Part shown: piece after piece, positions 15,050 to 27,296 of the stretch
Numbering within the stretch: the stretch's first letter is position 1
Layout of the letters: every line of letters begins with the position of its first letter
From: Phyllobates terribilis
Taxonomy: Eukaryota
Assembly: GCF_046119375.1 (NCBI RefSeq)
Contig: NW_027362767.1
Location: 262,260,001 to 262,324,000, forward strand
DNA length: 64,000 nucleotides
Direction of reading: 5' to 3'
The notes under the pieces: generated by a model
Seen by the model: the letters and a program-made list of their open reading frames with translations, nothing else
Told to the model about the DNA's origin: nothing
The model's database searches: none
Position numbers and translations under genes: made by a program

Positions 15050-18000
15050 AAGACAGTAGTATGTAAGCACAGTATGGCAGTATTATGTGAGTTCTGGGTG
15101 ACTGTACTTTGCGGATATTGGATGACAGCAGTATGTAAGCAATGTATAGATCTATTATGTAAGCACAGTATGGCAGTATTATGTGAGTTCTGGGTGACTG
15201 TACTTTGGGGATATTGTGTGACAGCAGTATGTAAGCAATGTATAGATCTATTATGTAAGCACAGTATGGCAGTATTATGTGAGCTCTGGGTGACTGTACT
15301 TTGTGGATATTGTGTGACAGCAGTATGTAAGCAATGTATAGATCTATTATGTAAGCACAGTATGGCAGTATTATGTGAGTTCTGGGTGACTGTACTTTGC
15401 GGATATTGGATGACAGCAGTATGTAAGCAATGTATAGATCTATTATGTAAGCACAGTATGGCAGTATTATGTGAGTTCTGGGTGACTGTACTTTGGGGAT
15501 ATTGTGTGACAGCAGTATGTAAGCAATGTATAGATCTATTATGTAAGCACAGTATGGCAGTATTATGTGAGCTCTGGGTGACTGTACTTTGTGGATATTG
15601 TGTGACAGCAGTATGTAAGCAATGTATAGATCTATTATGTAAGCACAGTATGGCAGTATTATGTGAGCTCTGGGTGACTGTACTTTGCGGATATTGTGTG
15701 ACAGCAGTATGTAAGCGATGTATAGATCTATTATGTAAGCACAGTATGGCAGTATTATGTGAGCTCTGGGTGACTGTACTTTGTGGATATTGTGTGACAG
15801 CAGTATGTAAGCAATGTATAGATCTATTATGTAAGCACAGTATGGCAGTATTATGTGAGCTCTGGGTGACTGTACTTTGTGGATATTGTGTGACAGCAGT
15901 ATGTAAGCAATGTATAGATCTATTATGTAAGCACAGTATGGCAGTATTATGTGAGTTCTGGGTGACTGTACTTTGCGGATATTGTATGACAGCAGTATGT
16001 AAGCAATGTATAGATCTATTATGTAAGCACAGCATGGCAGTATTATGTGAGCTCTGGGTGACTGTACTTTGTGGATATTGTGTGACAGCAGTATGTAAGC
16101 AATGTATAGATCTATTATGTAAGCACAGTATGGCAGTATTATGTGAGCTCTGGGTGACTGTACTTTGTGGATATTGTGTGACAGCAGTATGTAAGCAATG
16201 TATAGATCTATTATGTAAGCACAGTATGGCAGTATTATGTGAGCTCTGGGTGACTGTACTTTGTGGATATTGTGTGACAGCAGTATGTAAGCAATGTATA
16301 GATCTATTATGTAAGCACAGTATGGCAGTATTATGTGAGTTCTGGGTGACTGTACTTTGCGGATATTGTGTGACAGCAGTATGTAAGCGATGTATAGATC
16401 TATTATGTAAGCACAGTATGGCAGTATTATGTGAGCTCTGGGTGACTGTACTTTGTGGATATTGTGTGACAGCAGTATGTAAGCAATGTATAGATCTATT
16501 ATGTAAGCACAGTATGGCAGTATTATGTGAGCTCTGGGTGACTGTACTTTGTGGATATTGTGTGACAGCAGTATGTAAGCAATGTATAGATCTATTATGT
16601 AAGCACAGTATGGCAGTATTATGTGAGTTCTGGGTGACTGTACTTTGCGGATATTGTGTGACAGCAGTATGTAAGCGATGTATAGATCTATTATGTAAGC
16701 ACAGTATGGCAGTATTATGTGAGCTCTGGGTGACTGTACTTTGTGGATATTGTGTGACAGCAGTATGTAAGCAATGTATAGATCTATTATGTAAGCACAG
16801 CATGGCAGTATTGTGTGAGTTCTGGGTGACTGTACTTTGGGGATATTGTGTGACAGCAGTATGTAAGCAATGTATAGATCTATTATGTAAGCACAGTATG
16901 GCAGTATTATGTGAGCTCTGGGTGACTGTACTTTGTGGATATTGTGTGACAGCAGTATGTAAGCAATGTATAGATTTATTATGTAAGCACAGTATGGCAG
17001 TATTATGTGAGTTCTGGGTGACTGTACTTTGCGGATATTGTATGACAGCAGTATGTAAGCAATGTATAGATCTATTATGTAAGCACAGTATGGCAGTATT
17101 ATGTGAGTTCTGGGTGACTGTACTTTGGGGATATTGGATGACAGCAGTATGTAAGCAATGTATAGATCTATTATGTAAGCACAGTATGGCAGTATTATCT
17201 GAGTTCTGGGTGACTGTACTTTGGGGATATTGGATGACAGCAGTATGTAAGCAATGTATAGATCTATTATGTAAGCACAGCATGGCAGTATTATGTGAGT
17301 TCTGGGTGACTGTACTTTGTGGATATTGTATGACAGCAGTATGTAAGCAATGTATAGATCTATTATGTAAGCACAGTATGGCAGTATTATGTGAGCTCTG
17401 GGTGACTGTACTTTGTGGATATTGTATGACAGCAGTATGTAAGCAATGTATAGATCTATTATGTAAGCACAGTATGGCAGTATTATGTGAGTTCTGGGTG
17501 ACTGTACTTTGCGGATATTGGATGACAGCAGTATGTAAGCAATGTATAGATCTATTATGTAAGCACAGTATGGCAGTATTATGTGAGTTCTGGGTGACTG
17601 TACTTTGGGGATATTGGATGACAGCAGTATGTAAGCAATGTATAGATCTATTATGTAAGCACAGCATGGCAGTATTATGTGAGCTCTGGGTGACTGTACT
17701 TTGTGGATATTGTATGACAGCAGTATGTAAGCAATGTATAGATCTATTATGTAAGCACAGTATGGCAGTATTATGTGAGTTCTGGGTGACTGTACTTTGG
17801 GGATATTGGATGACAGCAGTATGTAAGCAATGTATAGATCTATTATGTAAGCACAGTATGGCAGTATTATGTGAGTTCTGGGTGACTGTACTTTGCGGAT
17901 ATTGTATGACAGCAGTATGTAAGCAATGTATAGATCTATTATGTAAGCACAGTATGGCAGTATTATGTGAGTTCTGGGTGACTGTACTTTGGGGATATTG

Positions 18001-18625
18001 GATGACAGCAGTATGTAAGCAATGTATAGATCTATTATGTAAGCACAGTATGGCAGTATTATGTGAGTTCTGGGTGACTGTACTTTGGGGATATTGGATG
18101 ACAGCAGTATGTAAGCAATGTATAGATCTATTATGTAAGCACAGTATGGCAGTATTATGTGAGCTCTGGGTGACTGTACTTTGTGGATATTGTATGACAG
18201 CAGTATGTAAGCAATGTATAGATCTATTATGTAAGAACAGTATGGCAGTATTATGTGAGTTCTGGGTGACTGTACTTTGGGGATATTGGATGACAGCAGT
18301 ATGTAAGCAATGTATAGATCTATTATGTAAGCACAGCATGGCAGTATTATGTGAGCTCTGGGTGACTGTACTTTGTGGATATTGTATGACAGCAGTATGT
18401 AAGCAATGTATAGATCTATTATGTAAGCACAGTATGGCAGTATTATGTGAGCTCTGGGTGACTGTACTTTGCGGATATTGTATGACAGCAGTATGTAAGC
18501 AATGTATAGATCTATTATGTAAGCACAGTATGGCAGTATTATGTGAGTTCTGGGTGACTGTACTTTGGGGATATTGGATGACAGCAGTATGTAAGCAATG
18601 TATAGATCTATTATGTAAGCACACT
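15050..18625. repeat. 96-bp higher-order tandem array (4 x 24-bp subunits), ~37 copies
   Basis: 32-aa period in both the 1211-aa and 1238-aa pseudo-ORFs. The first subunit closely matches the 24-bp monomer. Confidence 0.96.
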
Positions 18626-18669
18626 ATGGCATTATCATATGGGCAAGCAGAAAAATCCAGCTCACAGAT

Positions 18670-18800
18670 AGAATCCAAAAAAGTGCATTTTATTTTCCAT
18701 GGTACATGAAGCAAACATTAAAATTGTGTATTCACAAAAAAGAGAATGCAGGCATCTTTCGACGCGTTTCGAGCGGCAAGCGCTCTTTGTCATGAGTCTA
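18670..18800 (-). mobile_element. Penelope-like/retrozyme terminal remnant with degenerate hammerhead-like motif
   Basis: Minus strand reads ATGACAAA-GAGCG-cttgc-CGCTC-GAAA-CGCGTC, followed by AATAAA (18689-18694). Confidence 0.35.
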
Positions 18801-19518
18801 TTGGATGTTGCGCCCTGCCCAGGTGCTATCCGTGCTCCAGAAGTGTGGAACTGCAGGTGGTGAGCTGGATTCACTTCTGTGACATTATCATATGGGCACC
18901 CTACGATGGTATTAAATGAGCGCTTGATAGCAGTGTTAAGTAGGCATCTTATAGGAGTATTATGCGGGTGCTAAATTGAAGCAAGTTGTTAGACAGTATT
19001 TTGTTGGTACTGGATGGCAATATTAAATGAGTTCTGGATAACTGCTTTGTATGGATATTGGATGACAGTATTATGTAAGTACAGTATGGCATTATTATAT
19101 GGTCATTGAGTGACAGTACTGAATAAGCACTTGAAGGAATGTTACATAGGCACCATATGGTAGTAATATTTGGGAACTACATGGCAGTATTATGTAGACA
19201 GTATTATGTGGACTGTTTTAGGACAGTAATATTTGTGGAGTAAGTTTTGGATGTCTGTGTTATGTGTGATAGACGGGGGGTCTAACAGCTGTGCTTTCTG
19301 ACTGGGAGGTGAGGAAACGTTCCATATCTCCCATTAATATAAATGAGTGACTGCAAACAAGAAGCCTGCTCTCCACCCCGAACGGCGACTGGCGTGCCCT
19401 AGTTCTCTGGGGTCCGACACCTCATTCATCACACATTTATTAGGTGTCACAATCACATATCAGACCGGTACCCTAGCAAATATTAGCCTCATAAACTAGG
19501 GAATAAATATCAATTTAC

Positions 19519-19639
19519 CTGGAGGTTTGATCCGGCGGTTGGGACCAGCAAGGTGAATATACTTCTTCCACAGGTAGTACTGGTTCCTGATACGGTCTAA
19601 GTCTACCTCCATGTTACTCATGTTATTCAGTGCTGCCGA
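19519..19639 (-). CDS. c9orf43: C9orf43-like predicted coding exon 9 (SAALNNMSNMEVDLDRIRNQYYLWKKYIHLAGPNRRIKPP)
   Basis: Donor CAG|GTAAAT. The acceptor ctctttcggcag was chosen to keep phase 0, so its position is uncertain. Confidence 0.5.
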
Positions 19640-19738
19640 CTGCCGAAAGAGTTCACATCAATGTGAAATGGCTGATAACAGGGAGCAAAGGATACAACTA
19701 CAAAACCGAGGGTAGATTTATATAAATGTAAAACGTAC

Positions 19739-19934
19739 CTGCTGGCCCATTCTGTACACTGGGCCCGTGTGGGTCATAACTTGGCATTTCTCTCTGGCAT
19801 CATGCAGGACGACCCGCCGATTCTCCACTATCATCCCAGTAAGCGGTGGAGAAGGTGGAGAGTCCATGTCCAGCCATTGCTCGCGAGGTCTTCTCCAGCA
19901 CTTTACAGCTTCCTCAGTCTGTTCTTGTGCATCC
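19739..19934 (-). CDS. c9orf43: C9orf43-like predicted coding exon 8 (DAQEQTEE...PPSPPLTGMIV...RMGQQ)
   Basis: Acceptor gccttttcag, donor GTACGT, phase 2 to 0. Confidence 0.6.
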
Positions 19935-20058
19935 CTGAAAAGGCAACTATTAGATATTAAGGTAGAAAGGTAAAAAACAAGCAAATAATGACTCGGCAGC
20001 TCCTTCATCAGGAGAAAGGACTTGTCAATCAAAGAAGAAAGTAATGAAATACTCCTAC

Positions 20059-20165
20059 TGTGCCGCCGTTAAGTTCTTTGTATGAGGCAAAGGTGAAGAT
20101 CCAACCAGTGTGAGTTTGAGAGGACAACCACCAGTAGGGGACTTCTTCTTTTTTTTATTTATGGT
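20059..20165 (-). CDS. c9orf43: C9orf43-like predicted coding exon 7 (TINKKKKKSPTGG...LTAAQ)
   Basis: Acceptor tatttattttttcag, donor GTAGGA. The poly-Lys tract recalls the KKKRK segment of human C9orf43 (from memory). Confidence 0.6.
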
Positions 20166-20187
20166 CTGAAAAAATAAATATAAGTGT

Positions 20188-23100
20188 TATAATACTGTCC
20201 CTATGTACAAGAATATAACTACTATAATACTGCCGCCTATGTACAAGAATATAACTACTATAATACTGCTCCAATGTACAAGAAATATAACTACTATTAT
20301 ACTGCTCCCTATATATAAGAATATAACAACTATAATTCTGCCCCCTATGTACAAGAATATAACTACTATAATACTGCCCCTATGTACAAGAATATAACTA
20401 CTATAATACTGCCCCTATGTACAAGAATAAAACTGCTATAATACTGCCTTATATATACAAGAATATAACTACAATACTGCCCCCTATGTAGAAGAATATA
20501 ACTACTATAATACTGCCCCCTATGTAGAAGAATATAACTACTATAATTCTGCTCCTATGTACAAGAATATAACTACTATAATACTGCCCCTATGTACAAG
20601 AATATAACTAATATAATACTGCCCCCCTATGTACAAGAATATAACTACTATAATACTGCCCCTTATATACAAGAATATAACTACTATAATACTGCTCCCT
20701 ATGTACAAGAATCTAACTACTATAATACTGCCCACTATGTACAAGAATATAACTACTATAATACTGCCCCCTATGTGCAAGAATATCGCTACTATAATTC
20801 TGCTCCTATGTACAAGAATATAACTACTATAATACTGCCCCCTACGTAGAAGAATATAACTACTATAATACTACCCCTATGTACAAGAATATAACTACTA
20901 TAATTCTGCTCCTATGTACAAGAATATAACTACTATAATACTGCCCCTATGTACAAGAATATAACTAATATAATACTGCCCCCCTATGTACAAGAATATA
21001 ACTACTATAATACTGCCCCTTATATACAAGAATATAACTACTATAATACTGCTCCCTATGTACAAGAATCTAACTACTATAATACTGCTCCCTATGTACA
21101 AGAATATAACTACTATAATACTGCCGCCTATGTACAAGAATATAACTACTATAATACTGCTCCAATGTACAAGAAATATAACTACTATTATACTGCTCCC
21201 TATATATAAGAATATAACAACTATAATTCTGCCCCCTATGTACAAGAATATAACTACTATAATACTGCCCCTATGTACAAGAATATAACTACTATAATAC
21301 TGCCCCTATGTACAAGAATAAAACTGCTATAATACTGCCTTATATATACAAGAATATAACTACAATACTGCCCCCTATGTAGAAGAATATAACTACTATA
21401 ATACTGCCCCCTATGTAGAAGAATATAACTACTATAATACTGCCCCCTACGTAGAAGAATATAACTACTATAATACTACCCCTATGTACAAGAATATAAC
21501 TACTATAATTCTGCTCCTATGTACAAGAATATAACTACTATAATACTGCCCCTATGTACAAGAATATAACTAATATAATACTGCCCCCCTATGTACAAGA
21601 ATATAACTACTATAATACTGCCCCTTATATACAAGAATATAACTACTATAATACTGCTCCCTATGTACAAGAATCTAACTACTATAATACTGCCCACTAT
21701 GTACAAGAATATAACTACTATAATACTGCCCCCTATGTGCAAGAATATCGCTACTATAATACTGCCCCTATGTACAAGAATATAACTACTATAATTCTGC
21801 TCCTATGTACAAGAATATAACTACTATAATACTGCCCCTATGTACAAGAATATAATTACTATAATACTGCCCCCTATGTACAAGAATATAACTACTATGA
21901 TACTACTCCTATGTACAATATAACTACTATAATACTGTCCCTATGTACAAGAAAATAAATACTATAATACTGCTCCTATGTACAATATAACTACTATAAT
22001 ACTGCCCCTATGTACAAGAAAATAAATACTATGATACTACTCCTATGTACAAGACTATAACTACTATAATACTGCCCCCTATGTACAAAAATATAACTAC
22101 TATAATACTGCCCCTATGTACAAGAATATAACTGCTATAATACTGCCCTCTATGTACAAGAATATAACTACTATAATACTGCCCCTATGTACAAGATTAT
22201 AACTACTATAATACTGCTCCTATGTACAAGAATATAACTACTATAATACTGCCCCTATGTACAAGAATATAACTACTATATTACTACCCTTACGTACAAG
22301 ATTATAACTACTATAATACTGCTCCTATGTACAAGAATATAACTACTATAATTCTGCTCCTATGTACAAGAATATAACTACTATAATACTGCCCCTATGT
22401 ACAAGAATATAACTACTATAATACTGCCCCTATGTACAAGAATATAACTACTATATTACTACCCTTATGTACAAGATTATAACTACTATAATACTGATCC
22501 TATGTACAAGAATATAACTACTATAATACTGCCCCTATGTACAAGAATATAACTACTATATTACTACCCTTATGTACAAAATTATAACTACTATAATACT
22601 GCTCCTATGTACAAGAATATAACTACTATAATACTGTCCCCAATGTTCAAGAATATAACTACTATAATTCTGCTCCTATGTACAAGAATATAACTACTAT
22701 AATACTGCCCCTATGTACAAGAATATAACTACTATAATACTGCCCCCTATGTACAAGAATATAACTACCATAATTCTGCTCCTATGTACAAGAATGTAAC
22801 TACTATAATACTGCTCCGATGTACAATATAACTACTATAATACTGCCCCTATGTACAAGAAAATAAATACTATGATACTACTCCTATGTACAAGACTATA
22901 ACTACTATAATACTGTCCCCTATGTACAAGAATATAACTACTATAATACTGCCCTCTATGTACAAGAATATAACTACTATAATACTGCCCCCTATGTACA
23001 AGAATATAACTACCATAATTCTGCTCCTATGTACAAGAATGTAACTACTATAATACTGCTTCTATGTACAATATAACTGCTATAATACTGACCCTATGTA

Positions 23101-24304
23101 GAAGAATATAACTCCTATAATACTGCTCCTATATACAAGAATATAACTACTATAATACTGCCCCTTATGTACAAGAATATAACTACTATAATACTGCTCC
23201 TATGTACAATATAACTACTATAATACTGCCCCCTATGTACAAGAATATAACTACTATAATTCTGCTCCTATGTACAAGAATGTAACTACTATAATACTGC
23301 TCCTATGTACAAGAATATAACTAATATAATACTGCCCCATATGTACAAGAATATAACTACTATAATACTGCTCCTATGTACAATATAACTACTATAATAC
23401 TGTCCCTATGTGCAAGAATATAACTACTATAATACTGCCCTCCATGTACAAGAATATAACTACTATAATACTGCCCCTTATGTACAAGAATATAACTACT
23501 ATAATACTGCTCCTATGTACAATATAACTATCTATAATACTGCCCCCTATGTACAAGAATGTAACTACTATAATACTGCCCCCTATGTACAAGAATATAA
23601 CTACTATAATACTGCTCCTATGTACAAGAATATAACTACTATAATACTGCCCCTATGTACAAGAGTATAACTACTATAATACTGCCCCTATGTACAAGAA
23701 TATTAACTAATATAATACTGCCCCCCTATGTACAAGAATATAACTACTATAATACTGCCCCCTATGTGCAAAAATATAACTACTATAATACTGCCCCTAT
23801 GTACAAGAATATAACAGCTATAATACCGCCTTATATATACAAGAATATAACTACTATAATACTGCCCCCTATGTACAAGAATATAACTACTATAATACTG
23901 CCCCCTATGTACAAGAATATAACTACTATAATACTGCCCCTATGTACAAGAATATAACAGCTATAATACTGCCTTATATATACAAGAATATAACTACTAT
24001 AATACTGCCCCCTATGTACAAGAATATAACTACTATAATACTGCCCCCTATGTACAAGAATATAACTACCATAATTCTGCTCCTATGTACAAGAATGTAA
24101 CTACTATAATACTGCTTCTATGTACAATATAACTGCTATAATACTGCCCCTATGTACAAGAATATAACTACTATAATACTGCCCCTTATGTACAAGAATA
24201 TAACTACTATAATACTGCTCCTATGTCCAAGAATATAACTTCTATAATACTGCCCCCTATGTACAAGAATATAACTACTATAATACTGCCCCTTATGTAC
24301 AAGA
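20188..24304. repeat. 35-36-bp dispersed minisatellite (TACTGCCCCCTATGTACAAGAATATAACTACTATAA), left arm
   Basis: Direct reading. Internal duplications of 357 and 962 bp appear as identical ORF-track peptides (20592/20949, 20541/21503). Confidence 0.97.
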
Positions 24305-24384
24305 ATCATAGAATCATAGAATGGTAGAGTTGGAAGGGACCTCCTGGGTCATCTGGTCCAACCCCCTGCTCAAAGCAGGATTCA

Positions 24385-27174
24385 CTAGATCATCTCAGAC
24401 AGATGTCTGTCCAGCCTCTGTTTGAAGACGTCCATTGAAGGGGAACTCACCACCTCTCGTGGCAGCCTGTTCCACTCATTAATCACCCTAACTGTCAAAA
24501 AGTTTTTTCTAATATCTAATCTGTGTCTCCTCCCATTTAGTTTCATCCCGTTGCTTCTAGTCTTTCCCTGTGCAAATGAGAATAAAGATGATCCTTCTAC
24601 AATGTGACAGCCCTTGACATATTTGTAGACAGCTATTAAGTCTCCTCTCAGTCTTCTTTTTTGCAAGCTAAACATTCCCAAATCCTGCAACCGTTCCTCA
24701 TAGGACATGGTTTGCAGACTAGTCACCATTCTGGTCGCTCTTCTCTGAACTTGTTCCAGTTTGTCTATGTCTTTTTTAAAATGTGGTGCCCAAAACTGTA
24801 CACAGTATTCCAGATGAGGTCTGACCAAAGAGGAGTAAAGACCGATAATGACTTCACGTGATCTAGACTGTATGCTTCTGTTAATACATCCCAGAATTGT
24901 ATTTGCCTTTTTTGCTGCTGCATCACACTGTTGACTCATGTTCAGTCTATGATCTATTAGTATACCCAAGTCTTTTTCACATGTACTGTTGCTTAGCTCT
25001 ATTCCTCCCATTCTGTATATGCTTTTTTCATTTTTATTGCCCAGATGTAGTACTTTGCATTTTTCCCTGTTAAAAACCATTCTGTTGGTTGCTGCCCACT
25101 GCTCCAGTTTATTTAGGTCTTTTTGAATCCTCTCTCTCTCTTCTCTAGTATTAGCTATCCCTCCTAGCTTTGTGTCATCAGCAAATTTAATCAGTTTACC
25201 CTCAATTCCTTCATCTAAATCATTGATGAAGATGTTGAACAATACAGGTCCCAGGACAGAGCCCTGTGGTATCCCACTTGAGACATTCATCCAGCTGGAT
25301 GTGAAGCCATTTACAACCACCCTTTGAGTCCGATCACTAAGCCAGTTATGAATCCACCTAACAGTTGCCTGGTCCATTGCATACTTGGTCATTTTTTCAA
25401 TAAGGATGGTGTGAGATACTTTGTCAAATGCTTTGCTGAAGTCAAGATATACTATATCTACAGCATTTCCCTGATCCACCCAGTCAGTGATTCTGTCATA
25501 GAAGGAAATTAAGTTAGTCTGACATGACTTGTTAGTTACAAACCCATGCTGACTCTGGTTAATCACTTCATTCTTATCCAGGTACTTACATACATGATGT
25601 TTAATAATTTGTTCAAAGATCTTTCCTGGTATAGAAGTCAGACTCACCGGCCTATAGTTCCCTGGGTCCACCTTCTTCCCCTTTTTGAAGATAGGAACAA
25701 CATTTGCTCTTCTCCAGTCTTCTGGGACTTCTCCTGTTCTCCAAGAATTTTCAAAGATTATGGAGAGTGGTTCTAAAATTTCTTCTACGATCTCCTTCAG
25801 TACTCTGGGGTGTAATTCATCTGGACCTGGAGACTTGAACTCATTTATGTTAGCTAAATATTCCCTCACAATCTTTCTGTTTACAGATAACTTGGATTCT
25901 TCTATTCCTTTAAAAGGACAGTGAAAATCAGTTGATGTTACATTTTCTTTCTGAGAGAAAACAGATGCAAAATAGGAATTAAAAAGTTCGGCCTTCTCAA
26001 CATCCTCTCTTACCATTTCTCCATTTTCATCCTGTAAAAATCCTATAGCATCTTTGACTTTTCTTTTACTTTTGACATACCCCCAAAATCCTTTTTTATT
26101 GCTTTTGACATCTCTTGCAAGCCTTAATTCATTGTCAGCTTTAGCTAACCTGATACGTGCCCTACAGGATCTGCAGACTGCATTATAATCTTCTTTAGAT
26201 ATGCCTCCCTCTTTCCATTTAATAAACATTTCTTTCTTTCTTTTTAGCATGTGTTTAAGTTCTGTGTTCATCCATCCTGGTTTCCTTAAATGCTTCCCAT
26301 TCTTCCTACTTTTCGGGATTGTTAACGATTGTGCTTTGAGAATCTCATTTTTAAAAATTTCCCATCCTTCCTGGACATTTTTGTCCTTAAGGACATCCAG
26401 CCATTGGATCCCTCCTATTCTCTTTCTGAGTCTCTTAAAATCTGCCTTTCTAAAATCTAACCTTGAAGTTTGAGTCTTCACATGTCTTCCTCCTCTAGTT
26501 ATCCAAAATTCTATAATAGCATGATCGCTGCCTCCTAGGGTCCCAGCCACCTTTACCTCCTCAACCATTTCCTCCCTGTTTATAAGGATTAGATCCAAAG
26601 TAGCAGATCCCCTTGTTTTCTCCCCTACCTTTTGGAAGATAAAGTTGTCAGCAAGAGAGGATAAGAATTTGCTTGACCTGTTAGTTTTACTTGAGAGAGA
26701 TTCCCAACAAATGTCTGGATAGTTGAAATCTCCCATGACCACTACATCATATTTTTTGGAGAACTTGGTCATTTGATACATAAAGAGTTCATCCATATCT
26801 TCAGCTTGCCCAGGTGGCCTGTAGTAAATGCCTACAATGGTGTCCTTTCCGTTGTTCTCTCCTTGTATTCTTACCCAAACAGTTTCCACAGAACTCCCAG
26901 TCTCTGAAGCTTCAATCTCTGTGCAGATATACGCTTTTCTAACATACAATGCGACACCTCCTCCTCGTTTATCAATTCTGTTTCTTGCAAATAAGTTGTA
27001 TCCTTTTAGCCTTTTATTCCAATCATGTGTATCGTCCCACCAAGTCTCAGTGATTCCAATGACATCATATTCCTTTTCCTGCATTAGTAGTTCCAATTCT
27101 CCTTGTTTGTTGCCCATGCTTTGTGCATTTGTATAAAAACATTTTAGTTTGTGATTGGTTTCTCTTCCTCCCAT
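24385..27174 (-). CDS. CR1 ORF2: APE endonuclease + reverse transcriptase, 929 aa
   Basis: Endonuclease motifs YTNAQS, GITETWW, GDFNYP, SDH. RT motifs PGPDELHP, YLDFSKAFD, GIPQGSVLGP, FADD. Confidence 0.95.
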   Translation of the reverse strand: MGGRETNHKLKCFYTNAQSMGNKQGELELLMQEKEYDVIGITETWWDDTHDWNKRLKGYNLFARNRIDKRGGGVALYVRKAYICTEIEASETGSSVETVWVRIQGENNGKDTIVGIYYRPPGQAEDMDELFMYQMTKFSKKYDVVVMGDFNYPDICWESLSSKTNRSSKFLSSLADNFIFQKVGEKTRGSATLDLILINREEMVEEVKVAGTLGGSDHAIIEFWITRGGRHVKTQTSRLDFRKADFKRLRKRIGGIQWLDVLKDKNVQEGWEIFKNEILKAQSLTIPKSRKNGKHLRKPGWMNTELKHMLKRKKEMFIKWKEGGISKEDYNAVCRSCRARIRLAKADNELRLARDVKSNKKGFWGYVKSKRKVKDAIGFLQDENGEMVREDVEKAELFNSYFASVFSQKENVTSTDFHCPFKGIEESKLSVNRKIVREYLANINEFKSPGPDELHPRVLKEIVEEILEPLSIIFENSWRTGEVPEDWRRANVVPIFKKGKKVDPGNYRPVSLTSIPGKIFEQIIKHHVCKYLDKNEVINQSQHGFVTNKSCQTNLISFYDRITDWVDQGNAVDIVYLDFSKAFDKVSHTILIEKMTKYAMDQATVRWIHNWLSDRTQRVVVNGFTSSWMNVSSGIPQGSVLGPVLFNIFINDLDEGIEGKLIKFADDTKLGGIANTREERERIQKDLNKLEQWAATNRMVFNREKCKVLHLGNKNEKSIYRMGGIELSNSTCEKDLGILIDHRLNMSQQCDAAAKKANTILGCINRSIQSRSREVIIGLYSSLVRPHLEYCVQFWAPHFKKDIDKLEQVQRRATRMVTSLQTMSYEERLQDLGMFSLQKRRLRGDLIAVYKYVKGCHIVEGSSLFSFAQGKTRSNGMKLNGRRHRLDIRKNFLTVRVINEWNRLPREVVSSPSMDVFKQRLDRHLSEMI

Positions 27175-27296
27175 ATTTTTATTATTTAGATTTTTTTGTC
27201 TTTGTTCTTCCTTTCCACTTCCAGTAGCAGAGATCTCAATAGTATTTGTCAGCTGTATGGCTTTTTCTGGCCTTTTGCTTCCCTTCCCACATTGTT

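Noticed and set aside
14998-18714. 1238-aa and 1211-aa Cys/His-rich ORFs on opposite strands
   Set aside because: They are translations of a 96-bp tandem repeat whose period is divisible by 3. The array is intronic, and open frames on both strands are expected by construction.
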